Source: Bacillota bacterium
GTDB taxonomy: Bacteria > Bacillota > Clostridia > Christensenellales > UMGS416
Assembly: GCA_023421955.1 (NCBI GenBank)
Contig: JAEZSE010000018.1
Coordinates: 7,337-71,336 of the forward strand
Direction of reading: 5' to 3'
DNA: 64,000 bases
A program made the translations under genes and the position numbers. Within the stretch, counting starts at the first letter, position 1, and each line of letters opens with the position of its first letter. Below, piece after piece: positions 58,074 through 64,000 of this stretch. The notes under the pieces were generated by a model, which saw only the letters and a list, made by a program, of their open reading frames with translations, was not told the DNA's origin and searched no databases.

Positions 58074-58440
58074 TATTCTGCTGTATGCCGGATCAGCAAT
58101 TGTCATGCTTTGGGGCATTGCCCACATCATCCCAACCGCTGCCGTAGTGCGTACCTTTGGCAATATTTCCGCTGAGAGCAAACAGCTGATCACGATGGAA
58201 TGGATCGCCGAGGGCATCGCATTACTCTTCATCGGGTTGGTCGTGTTTCTGGCAACAGTTGCAGGCAGCCCGGGCAACCCCGTATCACAGCTGATTTGCT
58301 GGGCGGCAGCGGCAGCATCATTAGCCATCGCGATACTCGCGCTGTTTACCGGGGCTAGAACGAGCATGATCCCGGTCAAGATCTGCCCGGCAGTCATGAC
58401 CGTGGCGGCGCTATTGATGGTGCTGGGAAATTTGCTATAG
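58066..58440 (+). CDS. small 4-TM membrane protein, overlaps the marR stop by 8 nt
   Basis: Hydrophobic 124-aa product; GGGGG RBS located inside the marR coding sequence. Confidence 0.45.
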   Translation: MNDILLYAGSAIVMLWGIAHIIPTAAVVRTFGNISAESKQLITMEWIAEGIALLFIGLVVFLATVAGSPGNPVSQLICWAAAAASLAIAILALFTGARTSMIPVKICPAVMTVAALLMVLGNLL

Positions 58441-58568
58441 CCCGATCACAATCTCGGTGCCATTATGAACAGGCACATTTTTTGAGCTCATATAATTGCA
58501 TATTGCAACAATTGTTATATGCAGTTAAATAAAAGAGAAACGGCTTAAGCCGTGAAAGGAGAAACAAC

Positions 58569-59363
58569 ATGACCACCATTCGGGATGAAGTTAAGAAACA
58601 CTACGGGGAAATTGCCGCCAAGGCCAACCGGGCCGGCTGCTGCTCAGCAGGATCCGGGGCGAGCGCAGCGGGGAAGCTGTATGGCGGAGAAGACCTGAGC
58701 GCACTGCCAAGCCAGGCGGTGCAAAACTCCTTGGGCTGCGCAAACCCGCTGGTGTTCGCCGGGCTCAAGCCAGGCGAAACGGTGCTGGACCTGGGCAGCG
58801 GCGGAGGAATCGACGTGCTGATCTCCTCCAGGTATGTAGGCGAAACAGGCAAGGTGTATGGCCTGGACATGACCGATGAAATGCTAAAGCTGGCCAATGC
58901 CAACAAAGCCAGGATGGGCGCAAACAACGTGGAATTCCTGAAGGGCTATATTGAGGACATCCCGCTGCCGGACGGCACTGTGGATGTGGTGATGTCCAAC
59001 TGCGTGATCAACCTATCGGAAGACAAGCCGAAGGCGCTGGCGGAAGCCTACCGGGTGCTGAAACCGGGCGGCCGGTTCGCGGTGGCCGACATCGTCGCGG
59101 TAAAACCCTGCCCCGACAGCATCCGCCAGCAGGTCGCCCTGTGGTTCAGCTGCATTTCCGGAGCGCTGGAGGTCAAAGAGTATTCCCGGCTGCTGCAGGA
59201 AGCCGGTTTCCATGATGTATCTGTGGAGCCCGTGCACCTGTATACCAGCGACGTGATTGAGCGGGAGGTTATCGGCAACTCTAGGAAATACGCAAAATAC
59301 CGAAGCCTGGTAAGCGAAGCTGACGGCGTATTCGCAGGCGCATTGATCAAGGCTGTCAAGTAA
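58569..59363 (+). CDS. arsM: arsenite S-adenosylmethionine methyltransferase
   Basis: VKKHYGEIA, SAM motif VLDLGSGGGID, conserved Cys positions (CC near the N-terminus, LGCANP, SNCVINL, FSCISGA). Confidence 0.8.
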   Translation: MTTIRDEVKKHYGEIAAKANRAGCCSAGSGASAAGKLYGGEDLSALPSQAVQNSLGCANPLVFAGLKPGETVLDLGSGGGIDVLISSRYVGETGKVYGLDMTDEMLKLANANKARMGANNVEFLKGYIEDIPLPDGTVDVVMSNCVINLSEDKPKALAEAYRVLKPGGRFAVADIVAVKPCPDSIRQQVALWFSCISGALEVKEYSRLLQEAGFHDVSVEPVHLYTSDVIEREVIGNSRKYAKYRSLVSEADGVFAGALIKAVK

Positions 59364-59501
59364 CCCCCTGCCGCACCCGGCTCCATCAAAACGCTGGAGC
59401 CGGGCCGGCTGCTGCTCAAGAATCATTTCATAAAGCATCATAACGTGGTACTATATGCAGATGGACCAGCCACCGCAGGCGGACTTAAGGAGGCACGCAG
59501 C

Positions 59502-60035
59502 TTGACCGCTATCGAAGCCATCTACGCCCGCCGGTCGATCCGCAAATACGAGGATCGCCCCGTGGAAAAGGAAAAACTCATGGAGCTCTGCAGCCTGGGT
59601 GCGGCAGCCCCCTCGGCCACCAACAAACGCCCCTGGGCCTTCGTGATCGTGGATGAACCGGCGCAAATGAAAAAACTTGCCTCCGCCACAATGTTTGGAA
59701 AGTTCGGAGCGCCGGCAGCCATCGTGGTGTGCGGAGACCTCCGCCGTTTGGTGCCGTTCGGAAAAGGCTTCTGGATCCAGGATTGCTCCGCCGCGATGGA
59801 AAACATCCTGCTGGGCGCAACAGCAATGGGCCTTGGTTCCGTCTGGCTGGGTGTCACGCCGATCAAGCCCGCTGTGTGGGCGATGCGTCAGGCACTGAAG
59901 CTGCCCCGCCATATTGAGCCGTTGGGCGTGGCCTATCTGGGGTATCCGGCAGAAACCAGAGAACCCAGGACGCAGCTGGAGGACGGGATGGTTCAGTGGC
60001 AGCAGTGGGACCAAAACGATCAGGAGGACGAATGA
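59502..60035 (+). CDS. nitroreductase-family flavoprotein
   Basis: TTG start 8 nt after AAGGAGG. IEAIYARRSIRKY motif. Confidence 0.65.
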   Translation: MTAIEAIYARRSIRKYEDRPVEKEKLMELCSLGAAAPSATNKRPWAFVIVDEPAQMKKLASATMFGKFGAPAAIVVCGDLRRLVPFGKGFWIQDCSAAMENILLGATAMGLGSVWLGVTPIKPAVWAMRQALKLPRHIEPLGVAYLGYPAETREPRTQLEDGMVQWQQWDQNDQEDE

Positions 60036-61156
60036 ACATCTCAAAAACCGACGCATTGCTCTGGTTCGACCATTTCTCACAACTGGGTGAGGACGAAGAA
60101 CTGAGCGCAATGCAAGAGGAAATTGCATACGCAGCTTTCGCACAGATCGAGGCGGTGGTTGATCGCAGAAACGACGAGCTGCTATCTCAAATCAAAGGGC
60201 TGAAAACCCTGGAGAACAGAACCTATTATGTCGGCATCGAGGAGAAATTCCCGCAGGGATGCCGCTCCTGCCTGTTGGGCACAGGCCTCAGCGCCATCCG
60301 CAAGACAAACAAGTGCAACCTGAACTGCAAGTTCTGCTATGATTTCGGCCAGCACGGACATATCCCACCAGTGGGCGAAGGCATGTGGGAAATCGGCGGA
60401 ACCAAATTCTACGAAAGGGATCTCGAGTTGCTCCTTTCGATCCACAGCAAGCCCACAGGGATTTCCTATGTCTATCTGGAACCCTTCCTGGAGATAGAAA
60501 AATATTACTCAATCGTGCGAAAATTCCGTGAGGCGCAGGTTCATCAGCACCTCTACACCAACGGAACATTGGCCACGGAGGAAACCTTACGGGCGTTGGG
60601 CGAGGCGGGCCTTGATGAGATCCGGTTCAACCTGGGGGCGTCCAATTGCGCGGACCGGGTGATTGAAAACATTAGGATTGCCAAGAGGCACATCCCCAGC
60701 GTCGGTATTGAAACACCGATGACGCCGGAGTTTTATGAAGCGTTTTTGCGGAAGAAGCAAGCAATTCTGCAAACGGGGCTGGATTTCATCAATTGCGCCG
60801 AGCTGCATTTGAACGAGAACAACATCGGCAACTATTTCGGGGAAAACCTATATCTGTGCAGGCAGGGCTACATATCGCCCATATGGAGCAGAGAGCTCAC
60901 TTTGAAGCTGATGAAACTAGCCGATGAGGAGCAATGGGAGCTGGCTGTCCATGATTGCGCCAACCGCACCAAATTTGCCAGAGGGCTAAACCTCAGCGCC
61001 AAAGAGGGCAAATGGTTTGGGGCCAGCAATTATGCCTGTGAGTTTTCCAGGATCCCATACGAAGCATTCCTTCCAATCCTGAATGACGACAGTTTCAGGT
61101 TCTTAAGCGAGGAAGCATTGCCGGCTGGCTACGCGCCACCATCGCTCAATCTCTGA
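60032..61156 (+). CDS. radical SAM enzyme of unknown function, translationally coupled to the nitroreductase gene
   Basis: ATGA overlap with the upstream stop codon. CNLNCKFCYD CX3CX2C motif ~100 aa from the N-terminus. RBS CAGGAGG. Confidence 0.65.
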   Translation: MNISKTDALLWFDHFSQLGEDEELSAMQEEIAYAAFAQIEAVVDRRNDELLSQIKGLKTLENRTYYVGIEEKFPQGCRSCLLGTGLSAIRKTNKCNLNCKFCYDFGQHGHIPPVGEGMWEIGGTKFYERDLELLLSIHSKPTGISYVYLEPFLEIEKYYSIVRKFREAQVHQHLYTNGTLATEETLRALGEAGLDEIRFNLGASNCADRVIENIRIAKRHIPSVGIETPMTPEFYEAFLRKKQAILQTGLDFINCAELHLNENNIGNYFGENLYLCRQGYISPIWSRELTLKLMKLADEEQWELAVHDCANRTKFARGLNLSAKEGKWFGASNYACEFSRIPYEAFLPILNDDSFRFLSEEALPAGYAPPSLNL

Positions 61157-61157
61157 G

Positions 61158-61745
61158 CTACATCACAAACGCCCCGACCACCCCTGCCAGGATTGTGATC
61201 AGCACTGGGTCCACCTTGAATTTCTCCGCCGAGAAATATGCTGCGACGGCGATCAGGATCGCAGGCAAGCTCACGATGCTGCCCAACTGCGGCAAGATGG
61301 CACTGTGACTGGCAATCAAGGATTTCACAGCCTCACTGCTGAAGATCGATGTGTCTGCAAAGAACACAAAGGCCGTCGCGATCATACCCACTGTGGCAGG
61401 CCGTATCCCGCCCAACACCGCTTGAATGGGGCCGTTGGTCTTGAATTTCTGAATGAAGTGAGCCACGGCAATGATGATGACAAATGCCGGCAGCGACACT
61501 GCGATGGTTGCCACCACTGCGCCCCAAATGCCTTGTGACTGAAAGCCCACATAAGTGGCGGCGTTTACGGCGATGGGGCCTGGCGTCATCTGCGACAACC
61601 CCACCAGATTGGAAAACTCCGTGGGATCCATCAAACCGAAATTCTGGATTTCCTGATAAATCAGCGGCAGCATCGCGTAGCCACCGCCAAAACTGAACAG
61701 CCCAAGCTTGAAAAACACATAAAACAATTGCAGCAGTTTAAGCAT
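61158..61745 (-). CDS. chrA: chromate transporter ChrA, short-chain half 2
   Basis: FSFGGGYAMLPL CHR motif and 6 TM helices. Confidence 0.75.
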   Translation of the reverse strand: MLKLLQLFYVFFKLGLFSFGGGYAMLPLIYQEIQNFGLMDPTEFSNLVGLSQMTPGPIAVNAATYVGFQSQGIWGAVVATIAVSLPAFVIIIAVAHFIQKFKTNGPIQAVLGGIRPATVGMIATAFVFFADTSIFSSEAVKSLIASHSAILPQLGSIVSLPAILIAVAAYFSAEKFKVDPVLITILAGVVGAFVM

Positions 61746-62295
61746 GCTTCCTGACCCTCCCATAAGCATACACGACAAGGCCGATCAGGGCGCCCATCAG
61801 GATTGCATACATGGCGCTGACGCTGAAAAACACAATGATGATGAAAGACACTGCAGCGATAGCAATGTCCAACTTGCTCTTCACAGCCTTTTTGCCCAAG
61901 TTGATGGCGGCACGCAGGATCAACGCAGCCGAGGCAGCCCGGATGCCTGCGAACACCTTATCCACCACAGGGTTGCCGGCTAACGAAGAAAGCAAGGTCA
62001 ACACCAACAGGATTGACAGAAACGCAGGCAGCACCGTGCCCAGCGACGCGCTCACCGCACCGGCGAATCCGGACACGCGATAGCCCACATAAATGGATGC
62101 GTTGATCGCAATCACACCTGGCATCGATTGCGAGATCGCGAAGACATCGATGATCTCCTCCTCCGAAATCCACTTGCGACGATCCACAATTTCCTTATGG
62201 ATCACCGGCAGCATTGCCATGCCGCCGCCAAATGTAAAGGTGCCGATCTTCAGGAACACCAGGAACATCTCGGCCAACCGCCGCAGTTTTTGCAT
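61738..62295 (-). CDS. chrA: chromate transporter ChrA, short-chain half 1
   Basis: FTFGGGMAMLPV CHR motif. 8-nt overlap with the partner gene. Confidence 0.75.
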   Translation of the reverse strand: MQKLRRLAEMFLVFLKIGTFTFGGGMAMLPVIHKEIVDRRKWISEEEIIDVFAISQSMPGVIAINASIYVGYRVSGFAGAVSASLGTVLPAFLSILLVLTLLSSLAGNPVVDKVFAGIRAASAALILRAAINLGKKAVKSKLDIAIAAVSFIIIVFFSVSAMYAILMGALIGLVVYAYGRVRKHA

Positions 62296-62515
62296 GCAAA
62301 CACCCAACTTTCCTTAACAACCTTACCATGACCGCGACAGCGGGCTTTATACGCCCATTTGGCGGGGGTAACCGCTTGCACTGTAGCTGAACCAAGCCGC
62401 CCTGTCAAGCCGGTATCTCCATGGAAGTGCCTTTCGGCAATGAGCCTTTGCGATTCTCCGCATGAAAAGAGAGGCCGGCTTGGTGCCGCCCTCCCATACA
62501 GTTATGTTATCAGGC

Positions 62516-63700
62516 CTAAAGTCTCTGCGCTTGGATCAGGCCCCTCCCCTCCAGGTTTTGCTGGCCGGTAACCTGGCTGGCACTTTTCATGAGCTGACTT
62601 TTGATGATATCCGGCGTCCAATCGGGGTGCTTCTGATAAAGCAACGCGCAGACCCCTGCCACCAGCGGCGTGGAGACCGACGTGCCGGACATGACCGTGT
62701 AATTGTTTCTGAGCTTGTTCTGCTTGCTGCCGGGCTGATACTCCTTGTCTGTATTGGTTGATACAATGTTGACGCCGGGTGCCACCACGTCGGGCTTGGC
62801 CTTGAAGCGGACAGGGCCCCGGCTGCTGAAATCCGGGATGGTGTCGTCGGAAAGATCTACAGTGCGTTTGTCGTCCACCGAGCCCACCGTCAAAATGACC
62901 GGGCTGATGCCGGGCACCGTGATCGTGGAGGGCTCCGGTCCTTCGTTGCCGGCGGCAGCCACCACGGTGATGCCGCGCTTCCACAGCGCCTCCACACCGC
63001 GCACCATCGCATCATCGCGCCGAAGGTCTCCGGCAAAGGTGCCCAGCGACATGGAGACCACCTTGATGTTGTATTTGGAGTAATTGTCAGCCACCCATTG
63101 CAGCGCGGATAGCACGTCGGAAGATCTGCCGTTCCCCATCTCGTCCATCACCTTGACGGCGATGAGGTGGGCGTCGGGGGCGATGCCCTTGTAGACGCCG
63201 TTGGAGGCATACCCGCTGCCAGCCGCCACGCCGGACACAAATGTGCCGTGGCCGTTGTCGTCATAAGGCGACGTTTTGCCGTTGACGATGTCCAGGAAGG
63301 CGGCAATCCTGTTCCTGGGCATCGTAAAATCAGGGTGGGGGTATATCCCCGTATCCAGCACCGCGATCCCCACATCCTGGCCGGTGATGCCTGCCTTGTG
63401 CAGCACATCCACCTGCACCGCCTGTGAGGCGATCCTCATCTGGGCCTTGATATCCAGATCAGCCGCGATATATTTCACCTGCTTCTGCCCCGCCAGCTTG
63501 TTGAGCTGGCTAAAGGGGAATTCCACCACATAACCCTCAATCAGCGGAATCTCGGCAGAAACTTTGACGCCCATGTGGTCCAGCAGCGGCTTGATCTTTT
63601 GATACTCATTGGCATACAGAATCACACGGCATGGCTCATCGGCAGCCACTTTGACGGTATTGCGCACCGCCGGGTCGATTTTTCGGTTAAACGTCCTCAT
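62516..63700 (-). CDS. subtilisin-like S8 serine peptidase (no signal peptide, probably intracellular) with an N-terminal I9-like propeptide
   Basis: Catalytic triad motifs DTGI, HGTFVSGVAAG, GTSVSTPLVAG. Confidence 0.8.
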   Translation of the reverse strand: MRTFNRKIDPAVRNTVKVAADEPCRVILYANEYQKIKPLLDHMGVKVSAEIPLIEGYVVEFPFSQLNKLAGQKQVKYIAADLDIKAQMRIASQAVQVDVLHKAGITGQDVGIAVLDTGIYPHPDFTMPRNRIAAFLDIVNGKTSPYDDNGHGTFVSGVAAGSGYASNGVYKGIAPDAHLIAVKVMDEMGNGRSSDVLSALQWVADNYSKYNIKVVSMSLGTFAGDLRRDDAMVRGVEALWKRGITVVAAAGNEGPEPSTITVPGISPVILTVGSVDDKRTVDLSDDTIPDFSSRGPVRFKAKPDVVAPGVNIVSTNTDKEYQPGSKQNKLRNNYTVMSGTSVSTPLVAGVCALLYQKHPDWTPDIIKSQLMKSASQVTGQQNLEGRGLIQAQRL

Positions 63701-63811
63701 ACATGCTCACCTCGCAACAGGTCGAGGGAAATCCCTCGCAAGCCCCCTTTCCTTCCCGTGGAAGGATCTGGCGCTATGTAATGGGCTTTGGCAAGAGGTG
63801 AGCGAAGCCTG

Positions 63812-64000
63812 TCAGCCCTGGCGCAGATACTTCACCAGATCATCCAGTTTCTTCTGTTGGTCGCGGCTCAGCACAGGCTTGAGGGTGTTGGCAAAGGTGT
63901 CCAGCTCCTTGCCCTTGAGTTTTTCAGCCACGTCCTTGTTGAGTTTCATGCGGTCCAGCTCACGCATAATATCAGGCAGGTCCTTATCCTTGTATTGGCC
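63812..64000 (-). CDS. 3' end of a gene that continues beyond the window
   Basis: Open frame to the window edge, ending ...LDDLVKYLRQG, stop at 63812. Confidence 0.3.
   Translation of the reverse strand, partial: GQYKDKDLPDIMRELDRMKLNKDVAEKLKGKELDTFANTLKPVLSRDQQKKLDDLVKYLRQG

Overview
High-GC (~58-60%) chromosomal segment, most likely from an anaerobic Firmicute (Clostridia-like: LCP, Lgt, Obg, Rex, NfnAB, YitJ-type genes). I see no transposase, integrase or CRISPR array. The main content is a metal(loid)-handling locus at ~20.6-29.8 kb, bounded by an 8-tRNA operon on one side and tRNA-Arg on the other. On the minus strand it reads arsR2, an ArsP-like permease with a Cys-rich loop, three tandem small Cys-rich ORFs, arsR, acr3, arsC, then the mercury-methylation pair hgcA and hgcB. 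hgcA carries the NVWCAAGK cap-helix motif and hgcB is a 2x[4Fe-4S] ferredoxin ending in CC. A second locus at 57.6-62.3 kb holds a MarR regulator with a CC pair, a small membrane protein, the As(III) SAM-methyltransferase arsM, a nitroreductase translationally coupled to a radical-SAM enzyme, and a split chrA chromate transporter. Other notable items: a single AT-rich orphan gene with its own promoter and terminator inserted between obg and nfnAB; a divergent thymidylate-synthase-family paralog; a GNAT acetyltransferase interrupted by an in-frame TAA; a YitJ-like Hcy-methyltransferase/MTHFR fusion followed by a stand-alone pterin-binding (MeTr-like) protein with no B12 domain; a 1799-aa modular surface protein; tandem paralog pairs (CARDB-like, VanW); two LCP paralogs; a flotillin; and a hemerythrin plus MCP pair. 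Many antisense ORFs in the six-frame track are GC-skew artefacts inside real genes and are ignored.
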